Below are positions 11,501 to 25,049 of a DNA stretch of 64,000 nt, in pieces (within the stretch, counting starts at the first letter, position 1; each line of letters opens with the position of its first letter). The translations under genes and the position numbers were made by a program. Location of the stretch: the NCBI RefSeq assembly GCF_000143415.4, contig NW_003314275.1:1431955-1495954 (forward strand), given 5' to 3'. The notes beneath the pieces were generated by a model. That model searched no databases, was not told the DNA's origin, and worked only from the letters and a program-made list of their open reading frames with translations. This DNA comes from Selaginella moellendorffii. Lineage: Eukaryota > Plantae > Lycopodiophyta.

Positions 11501-12185
11501 TCTCTTAGCTGCTTATATTTTACTTTTCTTCTGCGCAGATCTTGAGTTTGGAAGGGTTCAAGCGTGGGATATGTTGCAGCACTTGTGGACAGGACCAATC
11601 TCAAATGCCGCCGTGGATGTCGTCCAAGGGAGCAAATCGGTGGAAGTTCGTCCTGTTGGAGTTTCGAAGGTAAGAAAACCATCGATATCCTTTTCTTTTT
11701 CCTCTCGTAACAGAGAAAATCCTACAGGGTGCCGCAATCGACCGCATTCTTGGAGAAGTTGTCCACAGCAAGAATATGAGCGTGCCAATAGACTACGTGA
11801 TGTGCATTGGACATTTCCTCAGCAAGGTTTGCTACAATCAGCAAAGATACGATAAAAGTTTTGAGCGTCGTCTTTCCAGGACGAAGACATCTACACGTTT
11901 TTCGAGCCGGACTTGCCTTACCAGAGAGTGAATATAGAACCCAAAGCAGCGTCTCCCCCGAGATCCAAAGCAGCACCATCAACAACAAAAACAGCGCGCT
12001 CGCGGGATCATCCGATTGCTCCCCAGGAATCGTCAATGATCCAAGGTGCGTCGGTTCTGGATCTCAACGGGGAGAACTATTTCTCGTGCACTGTTGGAAG
12101 GCAGCGATCTCTCGCGAGATACTCTCTTACAGGCAGCGAAGAAGTTGTAGCGTTTCTTAGCTCTTTGGCGAAGCCAAGCAACTGA
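8515..12185 (+). CDS. TPS1: Class I trehalose-6-phosphate synthase (many exons)
   Basis: [51 protein letters not shown] and [13 protein letters not shown]; C-terminal TPP-like domain with LGFNAAL as in class I. Confidence 0.95.
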
Positions 12186-12298
12186 TAAACCTTGAATCTA
12201 CGCCGTCGGAGTGGCTAACATCCGACGGCTGTGAACAAGCTTACTTGGATAGTAAATGTGACATATTCTAATTTCTAGCTCTAGGGTTTTTGCGCTCC

Positions 12299-15200
12299 AT
12301 GGCCGCGTCTACCTGGCTCACCAAGTTCCAGAGCTTCAAGATCTCCTCCGAGAGCTTGATCATCGCAAGTAAGTCGCATTTTCCATCCCTCAGATCTGAT
12401 AATACGCTCCCGCCAGTCGATGATGTGAGCGATTTGTGGCCGCTCGTCAAGGATTCCTTCGAGGCTCGTACTCCGCTCAAGAAGACGCTGCTCAACAACA
12501 AGGCTCGCAATCCCGTCGTCGTGGAGAAGCTGCCGGTGGAATTTGTGCTCACTACAGATCCGCGCCTTCGGTCTCGATTTCCGTTGGAGCAATCGCCCTT
12601 TCTCTTCCGGCTCCCCTACGCGACCATTGTTTTGGTGACATGCGAGGTACTGTAGCTCCATTTCTTTCTAGAGTTTTTCTCCTTTTGTGTTGTTTCCTTT
12701 CTAGTTGCTACAAAGCAATGTGGGTGGCTTGCGCAGGACATTGACGATTACAAGGCCATTTTGAAGCCGCGAATCAAAAGCATGGTACAAAACGATGAGC
12801 GAGAATGGTTTATCGTTTTTGTATCCAAGGCCAATCCCAATGATCCGACCGGGAAGCAGGCGAAGCGCATCTATAGCAAGCTGGAAGTTGATTTCAGCAG
12901 CAAGAGACGCGAAAGGTTTTTCTTTTTTATTTTTCTTTTGCTCGTGTTATTTCTATGAGCTGTGAGAACTTATGCCAGACGAGTTTTTGTAGATGTTGCA
13001 AGCTGGATTTAAGTGCCTCGGACGCAGCCTCGTGGGAGGAAATTGATGCTCGCACTAGCGAATGCATCCGCAATACGCTAGAGCGTCGGGTACAGTCTTA
13101 TGATGAGGTCAAGCGGCTAAACGAAAATCGTTCGATGCCGGGATGGAGCTTCTCCAACCTTTTCACCGTTATGGTATGCTTTCCTTTCGGATTTATGGCT
13201 CTTGCCAACGTTCAAATCTATTCCAATGCAGGAGGGTCTGGCCTTTATGTTTGAGCTTGCATATCTCTTTGAGGACGCTCTTCGAGAATATGATGATATT
13301 GAGCAAATATATCTGGAAATAGGTGAGGTAGTGTTTCAAGCTGCATTTTGTATGTCCATATGCTAGACCATGGCCTGCTAAAGCAATTCATTTCTGATTT
13401 GCAGTAACTGGTCATGGCAGTTAATATTCCTTCCTCGAAGATGAGGGACTTTGGCGGAATGGACCCTGGGGACGACCGTGCAGCACTTCTCGAAGTGTCA
13501 CGGAAGCAAGTCACACAGTTTACTGTCGACGATTATTTCCGTGAATTTGACTTCCGCCAGTACCTTTTTGCACGTCAGGCTTCGGTAGTTTTTCTAACCA
13601 TTACTGTTGTTCCTTGCTAAAGATTAGTCTCTGCAGTTGCTGTTCAAGTTAAACCGTACAATTGATGTTGCTGGAAGAGGATTGTATTTCATTTACTCGT
13701 TCTCAAAAATTTTATCTATGCACGAGGTAATCTTTCTCCTTCTCTCTTGGAAATGATGGGATGTTTAATACAGCTTGTATTAAACAGAAAAACCTGCCAT
13801 TTTGTATGCGGGAAATATGGGTAGTTTCAGCCTGCCTGTCACTAATAAAAGCGACAGTGGAATGTTTTACTCCTCGATCAGTGACGCCAGACGCTGAAAA
13901 GGAATTCTATCGCCTTCAAGCAGACTTGAACTCGCTTGCTAGAACAAAGGTAACATTTAAATGGTTTTGCGATGGCTTTTTTGGTAACCTTGAAGTTTAG
14001 TTGATGAGGCTATCCGAGATTCTTGGATACGGACCACTACATTCAACTTCGCCGCGCAGAAGTTTGTATTCAAGTGGTAGCCCCGCAAGCCCATCGGCAG
14101 CCGCTGCTGAGAAGCCAAAGAAACTAGATGACGCACATACTGATGCAGTGGCTGAAATACTAAAAATTGTCACCCACGAAGGCCTCAAAAAAGCATTATC
14201 ATCACCTGAGGGATATGAGGTATGAATAATGTTTCCTTACCTGTACTCTGTTTTAAAGTGACACGCAGGCAATGTATCTTGAACTTACACGAGCAGCAGC
14301 TGACAACTACCATCGCTCTCGCAAAAGGCATGGTGTTGTCCTGGATGGTGAAGTAGCGGCATTACACCTTCGGACAGGGAATTTTGATTCTGCGGCGAAA
14401 CTATACGAGAAAGTTTGTGCTCTCTATTCCGGTGAGAGATGGCATGCTTTGGTAGCTGAGGTCCTCCCACGTCTTGCCGAATGCCAGAAACAACTGGGCG
14501 ACCTTGGGGGATATCTTTCTTCCTGCATAAAGCTCCTGTCACTGGATCGCGGATTGGTACCTGTTGAGCAAAGGAAGGCCCTTCAGTCCGAAGTTGTGAG
14601 ACTCGCACACAGTGGACTGAAAGTTCCTCTTCCCGTGGACGTGTCAGCTTTGATCACGTTCTGCGGACAACCTGGACCACCATTGGAGCTCTTTGAAGGG
14701 GATCCAGGGACGCTGCCGGTTACAGTATGGAGTGGATTCACCGACGAGATTTCACTCCAATCCCTGAGCATGACGCTGTCTGCAACTTTCAGTCTTGATG
14801 AAAGTTCCAAGGTTTGAAATGCGTCATTCATGTGGTATTCTGATATGTGTTTCTGCAGACCATCAAGAGTGCAGATGGCCCTGTTCTGTCACCAGGAAAG
14901 AATACTATTGTGATGGTGGTGCAACCTCAAAAACCAGGATCATATGTTCTTGGAGCATTAACTGGACAACTTGGTCAAGTGGCGATACGTTCACATTCAT
15001 GTTGCACCATCAGCGCCATTGGCTCGCTTGAAAATGATGACTATTTGAGCTCGGAGAGGCCCGTAAGACCCGTACTCCAGGTATGGCTTTTAAAAACATG
15101 TACAGGATCAAATTAAATTCCTGTGTGTCCTTGACAGGTTTCGGTTCCTCGACCCCTTGTCGAAATGAAGCCAGAAACGTCACGTACAGAACCAGAATTG

Positions 15201-16166
15201 TCAGGTCTTACGGAGCCGTTTCGTCTCAGCACTCGGGTCGTCGCAAACGAAAATGCGGGAGTCTTTCTGCTGCAGGTATTCCTCCATATCCCGCGTTTCA
15301 TTCACTTGACAAGTTCTGCAGGTTACTTTGCTATCCCAAGTTAACGTCGGAGTTACAATCTTAGATGCCGCACTTAGCTTGCAAGGTGGCTTTCATCATG
15401 CCACTAGTAGCTCCGATCCGTTGTGGATGCTTCCGATCGCGATTTCTGGATATGCCGAATGCGCTCTCGTCTTCCTAATCAAATTAGACGACCACGAAAA
15501 CGGCGGTGAGTAAAATCAATACTACTGCCATGCTCAAAACTTTTCTCTCAGATCTTCCCAATGGTGGTGGCTACGAAGAGGAACCAAGAGAAAGAAGCGC
15601 TCTGTCCGTTAGCTACAAGATATCTGGAAGCCAAGCATCCTCAACCTCAGGGGAAGGCAAGATCGACGAGCAAGACGTCCTGACTTTCAAAGGCTTCTTC
15701 CAGCTACAAGTGCCGGTCTCGGACCATCAAGTAGCAGTCGGGATGCTGCCACTACCAGGCCCGTGTCCACGAGTCGGCCAGCAAGTTATCCTCCAGTGGA
15801 GAATCGAGAGACTCAAGAAAGCGCAGTCGAGCGAGGTAAAGCTCAGCCATTTACCTTCTCTTTTCATTCATGGTTCTTTTGTAGATCGAGCAGCTTGCGT
15901 ACGAAGTCAAGGCGAGCCCGGAGTCCTGGATGGTCGCGGGGAGGCGGAAAGGTTTTGTGTCACTGGCGATCCAATCCGGTACGAAGCTAGTCGTGTCGAT
16001 TGCTTGCCTGCCTTTGGTTGCCGGGCATGTCCGCCCCCCATTGCTGGAACTTTGCGGGATTGATCACTCGCAAGTCAGCCATTGTCAGCCAGCTTCTCAT
16101 CTCGTGTACATTCTGCCGCCTTCACCCTGTTATGCGTTTTGCCTCGAGGAGAAGCCACAGTCTTGA
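12299..16166 (+). CDS. TRS130: TRAPPII subunit TRS130/TRAPPC10 (many exons)
   Basis: DDVSDLWPLVK, FILT/FVLTTDPRLRSRFP-like segment, FREFDFRQYLFARQ, RKRHGVVLDGEVAA and LPLVAGHVRPP. Confidence 0.9.
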
Positions 16167-16367
16167 ATGAAAAGCTTGCAACGATTTCATCGTTGTGCTT
16201 GTTTAGTTTCATTGCAACTCTAGAAATACAAATGTAAACAGATGCTCTGTGAGGTACTCTTTCGTGAAGCTTGTCAAATCCCATCCTTTGTTTGCGGGAC
16301 AGGGGATTTGGGCAAATTCACGTAGGTACACAGAGGTTATGTTAACTAATGAGTGGTCAGTAGAACC

Positions 16368-16841
16368 CTAAAAGTTGAAGAAGCCGTTGACTTCCTCCTC
16401 GCTGTTGACGTAGTCAATGGGAGCCTTTTGACTAGGGCATGACGACTGCTCTTGACTGATTTCCTCGAGGAAATTCTCCAAGTCCGGCAGGGAGTCGTCT
16501 ATCACCGATATGTCAAACCCGGAAAAGTCAAAGCCCTCGTCATCATCTGCAGTGCCGTCATCGTCATGCTCGCCACCCTCTTGCTCTTCCTCGTCACCCT
16601 CTTGCCCTTCCTCGCCACCTTCTTGCTCGTTGTCGCAGCTACCATAGCCATAGTCGCAGGTACCGTCAAACACGTAGACGTAGACGGCGCCCAAGAACGT
16701 AGCCCGTATTCTCACCCGCGTGCGCGTGAGGACATTGAGCTCGTATGACTTCTTCAGCAAATTGTCCATTTTCTTTTTGAAGGCGTGCCGCCGCTTGGAG
16801 AGATTGATGATAAACGCCAGCTTGAGCTTCTGTCTCCCCAT
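16368..16841 (-). CDS. Divergent type I MADS-box transcription factor (intronless, acidic C-terminus)
   Basis: MGRQKLKLAFI...KRRHAFKKKMDNLLKKSYELNVL; no K domain. Confidence 0.8.
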   Translation of the reverse strand: MGRQKLKLAFIINLSKRRHAFKKKMDNLLKKSYELNVLTRTRVRIRATFLGAVYVYVFDGTCDYGYGSCDNEQEGGEEGQEGDEEEQEGGEHDDDGTADDDEGFDFSGFDISVIDDSLPDLENFLEEISQEQSSCPSQKAPIDYVNSEEEVNGFFNF

Positions 16842-17059
16842 TTAATCTCTCCCAAAGTATGGGAGCCTCTGGACCAAAGTTTTATATGCAATCTTTTTGG
16901 ATAGGATTTCCTTTAACCTTAACAGCCACGTGGACGCTTATCTAATTTTAGACGTTTTAGGGTTTTCTAATTCAACTTAAATAACAATTAGCTATGGTTA
17001 ATGTATTTTACAGTGCTCTGTTTTTAGGGTTCCTCCAATTTTAGGGTTTGTGTGCTCCC

Positions 17060-18822
17060 ATGGGCGGGGAGCATGGCGCTGGGTCTTGGTACCTCTGCTA
17101 CTTCTTGCACAGGCTGCTCGACTACCGCATTCCAGAGGTTGAGTCGCTAGCCAAGCTCTTTGGGTGCTCCGGGAAGCTGCAATGGAGGCAAGCGCCGAAC
17201 CATCATCCCGACTCGCCATTCTACTTCGTGCGCCTCCCGTCGGAGGATATGGCGCGCAGCATCGCCAAGCGAAGTGCGTATCTTCTCTTGCTTTGGGCTT
17301 GCATTGCATCTCCCGATGGATTGAAACCGGTTGTTTTGCGCTAGGCGTGCTCGTGAAGGCCATTTTCGAGATTTGGGGCGAGGGGAGCACGTACGAGGAG
17401 CTCCGTGCGGCCGTGGAGGCGTTCCCCGAGGAGAAGAAGCGCCCCTACTTGGGAACCGAGGTGACTTTCAAGATCATTGTCGACACTTTCGGGAAGGTCA
17501 TCAGCTCCGAGGAACAGATCAAGCTCATCAACAGCTTCGATTTCATTCCTTTCCAGGTACATTCTTTCCTCCAGTTTCATTCCATCGAACTTGTATCCAT
17601 CGAACTTCTTCCAGGGTCGCGTCCAGCTGAGAGATCCTAAAGAGAAGTTCTGGTTCATGGAAACGGATGGCCGAGTTATCAACAATGGGATGCCAGCGCC
17701 GCTGGAGCCATCGGTGGATGGCACAAGGCTCTTCTTTGGACGTGAGATTGGGGGAGCTGACAGGAGCCTCGTTACCAAGTACGCATTGAGCACTCGAAAG
17801 TATCTTGGTCCTACAGCTATGGATGCTGAGATTGCGTGTCTCATGTCTAACCAGGCTCTAGTAGACACGGGCAAGTTTGTGTATGATCCCTTCGTCGGGA
17901 CGGGCAGCATCCTCGTCGCGGCTGCTCACTATGGTGCCTTGACAATGGTAAAAAAGCCTATTTTTTCTCCTTCTCTTCTTCTTTTTCGCTTCTCATACTT
18001 TGATCTCTCGCAGGGTGCCGATATTGATCTACGAGTTATTCGCGATGGTCGTGGCCCGGATTGCAACGTTTGGAGTAACTTTAAACAGGTAAACACTGCG
18101 AGAGCTCAAGGACTTGCGTTCTTGTTTTGATCCTCGTTGCTTTCTTCAGTATGATTTGCCTCCGCCAGTGGGCTTGGTTCGAGCAGACAACAACGCAAGG
18201 CCATGGCGACCAAACTTGAGAGAGGTTTGTACACACTTCCTTCCTATCCCTCAAACTTCACTCAAACTCTCTTGTGATCTTTCCGCTCTTCCAGGTTTTC
18301 GACGCTATCATCTGCGACCCCCCGTATGGAATCCGAGCCGGGGGAAGAAAATCCGGAGGGAGGAAGCTCCTCAAAGGCATCATAGATCCATACATCATCC
18401 CGGACGACAAGCGCAAGGAGCACATCCCCTCCACCGCAGCCTACATCTTGGAGGAGTGCGTCCACGACTTACTCGATATGGCGGCGCAGCTCCTCGTCAC
18501 CGGCGGCCGCTTGGTCTTCTTCTATCCCCTCTCGCGGGAGGAGGGCGCGGACAACAAGCTCCCGGATCATCCATGCTTCCAGCTCCTTTCTTCCAGCGAG
18601 CAAATCCTCAGCACGAAGTATAGCCGCTGCCTTCTCACAATGGAGAAGACGAGCGAGTACACGGACGATCTGGCTGCCCGGGCGCAGGAAACACACCTCG
18701 AGTTCAAGAAGAACCACGCAAAGCTGCTCGACGCCAAAGACAAGCTTCGTTCTTTGGTATTCACACCCAGCGGCGAAGTTTTGCAGAGAGTTATTCCCAA
18801 ATACAGGGGAAAGTACGTATGA
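17060..18822 (+). CDS. TRM11: tRNA (guanine(10)-N2)-methyltransferase (multi-exon)
   Basis: HRLLDYRIPEVESLA, YLGPTAMDAE, VYDPFVGTGSIL, GADID and FDAIICDPPYGIRAG. Confidence 0.93.
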
Positions 18823-19106
18823 TAGAAAGGTGGCAAGAGTTTAATGTATGATAGGCAATAGAAAGGTGATAGCAGAGTATATGCAAGCGAATCTACGCGG
18901 ACGTTGTTTGCATTCGTAGCGATGTAACCGAGGAGAAGGTGCTTAAAGAGAGAGCGATCCAAGCGAGCGTGGATGCGATGGATACCTCTTGGTTTGACGG
19001 TAAGCTCCTCATGGGCAGCTCCCAGCTCCAGAAGATGGACACTCCACACTCTCGATCGTCTCCCTATAGATCCAATAACTTGTAAAGCTTTGTATCCAAA
19101 CTGGAG

Positions 19107-20551
19107 ATGAAGTGCTCGTACCTCTCATCGTCGTCGACTCCGTGCTGGATGGACAAAGGTAGCAACGCCTGGATGATGGTGGCAGCCATTCTCGCGGGAC
19201 TGGCAACCATGCCCGGGCTCCTACTTCTCTACAGCGGCATCGCGAGGAAGAAGTGGGCCGTCAACACCGCCTTCCTGACCCTCTACGCCTTCACTGCCTC
19301 TCTCATCTGCTGGGTGACGATCTGCCACAACTTAGCCTTTGGATCACACCTCCTTCCCTTCTGGGGGACCCCTGGACCTGTTCTCTACACCAAGTTCCTT
19401 CTCAGCCGTAGCCACCACCCGGCTACTCACCAGGACCTCGACTTCCCTTCGGCAACCATGGTGGCCTTCCAGTTTGGCTTCGCGGCTAACTCCGTGGCCA
19501 TTGTATCCTCTGCGGTCTCGGCTAGAATCACCTTTCAGGCCTGGGCGGTCTTTGTCCCACTGTGGCTCATTTTCTCCTACACTGTTGGAGCGTCCAGCAT
19601 CTGGAGCGGTGGTTTTCTCTCGCGGTGGGGAGTCTTGGACTTTGCAGGAGGCTACGTTGTCCATCTCTCGGCAGGCGTAAGCGGCGCTGTTCTTGCTCAC
19701 TGGGTATGTCAAACAGTACGTGGTTTAGTCGAAGACTCGAGAGAACTTGTACCTGCAGGTTGGTCCTCGGCATCCAGTCGATCGAGCACGGTATCCGCCA
19801 AATAATGTGATGCTCGTGCTCGGTGGAGCTGGCCTGGTCTGGATGGGATGGATCGGATTCGCTGGTGGAAGTGCCTTCCTTTCTCCACAACAGGCTTCGT
19901 TGGCTGTTGTAAATACCAATATCGCCGCTGCTACAAGCCTCTTAGTGTGGACTTCTCTCGACGTTCTCTACCACGGCCAGCCTTCGGTTCTTGGCGCTGT
20001 TCAAGGACTCATGACTGGTCTCGTTGCAATCTCTCCAGCGGCTGGTAAGCCAAAGATTTTCCACCTTTTAGTTTGCAACTGTTCTTTTTCTTTCTCTCGA
20101 AGGACTTGTCGAAGCATGGGCGTCGATGTGCATAGGATTGTGCTCTGGAAGTCTGCCTTGGCTGACTCGGCTGTGCCACCAGAAAACTACCGCCAAGTTT
20201 TGCGAAGAAGTGGATGATACTGCCGGTGCTGTTCATACTCACGGAATAGCAGCTCTGATAGGAGGCCTCCTTACCGGATTTTTTGCTCATCCCCGTCTAA
20301 CAGCTTTGGTTTCCTCGGTATCCGGCTCGAAAGGCGTCATCTTTGGAAATTTCCAGCTAGTACTCAAGCAGCTTGCTGCAGCTTTGCTAGTAATTCTGTG
20401 GAACGTTGCTGTGACCACCCTCATCTGCGTCGTTGTGAAAAGACTGATGAAGCTAAGAATGTCTGATGACCAACTGCGCATTGGCGACGATGCTGTTCAC
20501 GGAGAAGAGGCTTACGCTGTTTGGGAGGACGGTGAGAAAACAACACTTTGA
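19107..20551 (+). CDS. AMT2: AMT2/MEP-family ammonium transporter (3 exons)
   Basis: MPGLLLLY...[37 protein letters not shown] and [12 protein letters not shown]. Confidence 0.94.
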
Positions 20552-20640
20552 ACATAAGACTGTAAATAAATAATATTTGCACAAGAATCAGAAAGTTCTT
20601 ACCTGGACTGGACACACACCCTAGCCGGCTGCTTTCTCAT

Positions 20641-22049
20641 TCAAGCTGCAGCTTGCTTCGATATAAGCACAGTGGGGGCTCTCACTGCCATTTGCATGTC
20701 CTCAAACGAAAGGGCCAGCACGGGTTTGCTCGATAATATCTCAAGCATGTCAGCATCCAAATGGTCACTGCCAGGGATGTGCTCTGGAGCACTTATTGAT
20801 GCTGGCTTTGAAGCAGCCACCCTGGAGGAATGATATTCTGTCTTCATCAAACAAACAAAAGCAAAGCACAAAACGAACCTGCAACTCAACTCGCAAGAGT
20901 ATTTTAGAATATTTGGCTGCTGCCTGGTGTTGCCACTGAGAAACACTGTGAGAACTCACTGAAAAACTTACGTACAACACACCTGAAGCTGGGAAGGCAA
21001 AAGTTCAATGGCGGACCTTTCCTGGTCGCTTCATTCATTACTGAACAGAAAAGAAGAAAAGCATGTAAGGCCAAACAAAATAAATTGCAATGCTTCTTAC
21101 AGCTGTGAGCCATAGATATATGACACCATGGATTAAAGCTTCCACGTGAAACAGCAAGCCCGTATGCTTCTTCCTCCTTGATGTCAGAATTAAAAAAGTT
21201 GAAACGATTCTGATGAGTTCCACCTTTGTTCCTCACAGAAATCACAGGCTGGGAAGAAGAAAATGAACAAACAAAAACCGGCACGAGAAAACGAAGAACG
21301 CTTACATGTGAAAAGCTTGCAAGCTGGCTGGGGAGTCCCACTTCCTACAAAGAATTCTGTAAGGAATCATGGCAACAAGCGCCCCAAATTCACTCACCAT
21401 TCTTCCGTGCCTGCAGGCTCCCTTGTCGTTCACTAAAACTCTCGCTGCCCAGCTAAAAGCCATGACACAGTTTAAAACCCAAAGAGAAAGCATATGGTAC
21501 TTACGCACAAGAAGTTGGCGGGTTCCAGACAATTCCAGCAATCACAACGAGCTGCAAGCGTTCCAAACGATCAGCGTCTTTCCAACACCCAAAGTTTTCT
21601 TCGCAGGAGAACTATATTTCTAATACCTGCTCAATCTCTGGATCGTCGACATTCCACTACCAGATTATATAGAAACGAAAACGATGGTTCACACAATGAG
21701 CACAGGAGTCAAGAATATCACCTCATCGAAAGGCCCGACTGGACTATCGTTGTAGTGCGCAAGGAAGAATCCACCCAGCGTGTATCTTCACAAAGACCAG
21801 ATAAACAGATTTGGCGAAAAAAACAAAGAATTCGCACCCAAAAGCTTCCACAAGCTTCAATTCTCCGGGAATGTGCCTCCGCGCGGTCTCGGCCTTGACT
21901 AAATGCATCTGATACAGCGCCCTACGCACACAAACACACACAAATCCGTGAAAAGAAAGAAACACACCAGAATTCCTTCACCTTCCTGCGAAGCGCCATG
22001 GAGATCCGGCAGCGTAGCCGAGAATCGTCTTCTTCTCCTCAGCCGCCAT
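20641..22049 (-). CDS. NXD1: NEOXANTHIN-DEFICIENT 1-like protein (multi-exon)
   Basis: SPWRFAGRALYQMHLVKAETAR, LVEAFG YTLGGFFLAHYNDSPVGPFDE, WAARVLVN and GLPSQLASFS. Confidence 0.85.
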
Positions 22050-22245
22050 TGCGAGGGAGGAGCGCCAGGCTCGCTGACGGCAAAATATAAACCCCACACA
22101 CTATCCCAAAATCCAAAACAAACAGTATATTCTCTTAGCCGGTATATTCTGTCTCAATTTGAAAAGAAGCACATTCTGCTAGGATTTAGCGTATTCCGTT
22201 AATATAAGGGATATTCGCCTTCTTCTTCTTCTCGTCGTTTACTTC

Positions 22246-23600
22246 TCAAGCGAGGAGCCTCTTGAGATTGTAGGGCTCCGCGGCGCGGAGATCGCCAAAC
22301 CAGAAGTAGCGAAAGAGGAAGAGATTTGCGGCCTCGGTGAGATGCACCGAGTCCCAGAAGAGATGTGTCGATGGAACCGGGCAAACGAACGATGAATTGT
22401 TGCAACCGCCAGCATGGAACAGTCCATCGCCACAGCAAGCCTCCCTCGAGTTCGTGAATCCTTGAAAATCATTCTCGTGAGCTCGCGACCATGAAGCGAA
22501 GATCAAAATCGAAACTTACCATTCTCTAGAGGGGAACGTACCGCATCCATGAGGAGGCCGTAAGGTTTGAGGAAAACCATGGCCAGCTCCGGGAGCTGGA
22601 AGAGCATCTTGTTCACAAGGTTGCGCAAGCTTTTGTTGAAGAACGCCGCCATCTCGTTGAGCGCTTGCAAGCAGCCAATCTTCTGGCGACGGGTGATCAA
22701 TCCCACCTTGGCAACGTAGTAGCGAGCCGCCGGTGTACAGCCGATCGGTCCCACTCCAACCAGCACGATCTTCCTCGCTCCCTGGTTGTACAAAGTCTAG
22801 CAAGCGCAAAACCAAGAGCGAGGACAGATCAAAGCAATGCGAAAGCTTCTCTCGAAGAACTTTGGAGAAGAGAGTTTTTAGAGTGGGCTTACTTTGACAG
22901 TGGCCTCGTACTCTTCCATCATCATGCCCACGTAGTAGCGCCACGAGGATCCGATCCGGCGAAAGCTCGAGTTCGTGGGGAAGTAGAGGGCCTCCAGGTC
23001 GTTGCTCCCAATCGCCACTATAAACACCGAATCGCGCAGGATTGTCTTGGCTCGATCGTCTCCATATCGCTCCCGGAGAAGACCCACGCGCTCCGTGAAC
23101 TGATCGATCTGCGTCTTGAAGCTCACGGCTCCCTGGAGAAGCACATATAAGCTCGATCCAAAGAGAGAGTTCTATACTACGACATCCAGCGATGGAAAAC
23201 GAGATTCTGGAAGAACGTATACCGCGTACTCGCCGATCAAACGGCTCCCCGCGGACGCAAAGTTTGCTCCAATCTCAAGAACAGCGTCGGGATCCATGTA
23301 AGACCGGGTGAAAGGGAGGTTGATCCACTGCGCGAGGAAATCCGCGAGCGTCCTTCCATCCGAGAATCGCCCCGTGGAGACCTTGAAGTAAGTCTCTCCA
23401 TACGGCGGGGAGAGCGCCGCGACCGAGGAATTGGGGGGGAGAAACTTTGCGCTACCAGCGTCGAGGATGGAGTCTCCAAACACGAACATGGCGGACGCCG
23501 GCTTCGTGGGCAACATGGGGGCGCCGGAGGCGATGCGAGCGTGGGACGCGAAGACGAGGAGCTCGAGCAAGATGGGCAGCACTGGCACGAAGCTATGCAT
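22246..23600 (-). CDS. GDSL esterase/lipase (secreted, multi-exon)
   Basis: Signal peptide; FVFGDS, TGRFSDGR, GANFASAGS, IGSND and FWDSVHLTEAAN. Confidence 0.93.
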
Positions 23601-25049
23601 CGTGGCTGAGATTTGGAGTCGAGGAGCCGGCGAATGCTCTCTATAAATTTGAGAGTTCTTGAGCATCGTCCCCATGCAGTCGTGATGACGAGTTTTTTTG
23701 CGAGGCTTTTTTGGTCCAGAGTCACGCTTCCGGTTTTTTATGTAAGATCGAAACACTCGCTTCATGCCAATCTTCTAGAAACATTCCATTCTATTGCAAC
23801 TTCAAAAGGTGGTAAAAGCAATGGAAAGCTAAGTAAATAGGTGTATTGTTGAGAAGTTCTAGCAAAGTCCACTCCATGTTTCTTCCTATTGCCAGTGCCC
23901 ATTATAGATATTATTATAAGACAGAATTGCTTACCATTTTTTGAGTTGGGTTTTAAATAACATAAAAATAATAAAAAGGATAATAAGTCATGACAAATAA
24001 CCAATAAAAAAGAAATCATGGTGTATATATCTCAAGAAATGGTGAAGACAGAGCTCTATCTATCCCAAAAAGTTTTATTTCTTGCTGGATTTGTTAAAAA
24101 AATTAGTAAAATGTTAACATCTTAGCCATGGATTATTAGGATTATTAAAACCATTAAAGAATAATATTTAAAAATATTATTAAACACATAACATAAAAAA
24201 TATTTTCAGTTATATTTTTAAAGGTACACATTAAATCATATAAATTAATCTTCAAATTTGAGAAATGGAACTGATGGCTATACTTCCCTTCTATTGCCAA
24301 AGGAATAAACAAGAAATAACTCTAATAAAGTGAGGAATGAGCATTGTTAGGTAATAAAAGGATAATATCTAAAGCAACATGTAATTTTGATACCTATTCA
24401 CATATATTTTTATAAATGTGTCTCTTTACTAGCAAAATCTTTGCTTTATATTATTCTATTGAAAATAATCTACTTCGATTTTTTATAATGAGTATCAAAG
24501 TAAATAAAATATAAAATATCAAAATCTTTTTGTAAATTTTACAAACCATCTAAATAAAAATTAAAATAAAATAAAAATCACAAAACTAAAAATACTAATA
24601 TAAAAGTATTTAATTTAGCCTATTAGGACATCAAAATATTGAATCCAGAATAAATCTATTCAATATAAAGTTATTATATAAAACTGAGTTTATAAATTTA
24701 TATGAAAAGTATTGAAGTTTTTTCTTCTTTTTATACAATATAATACCCTACTAACTATGATAAACTTAACTATGAATTTACTAGTAATCTAGAAACAATA
24801 TATGTTGAAAATACTTGTGCAATCCAACTACCACTCTCCGCGTCCAAATACACGAAACCAACAATGAGGCTTTTAAGGTCAATGTTTTCGCCAATCCTTC
24901 CGTCAAGCATGCCAATCACCTGCAAAATCAAAATCGTCAGCTTAAATATTCACATCCTTTTCTCTGAGATGAGGGACATATCCATTCTTGCAATGCTATA
25001 TTTGTTAAAGCTAGCATAATAAGCTGCATCTTCGTACGAGGGTGGTTGC

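Noticed and set aside
23770-25040. Long AT-rich tract as a possible transposon
   Set aside because: No TIR, LTR, TSD or coding remnant could be identified by eye.
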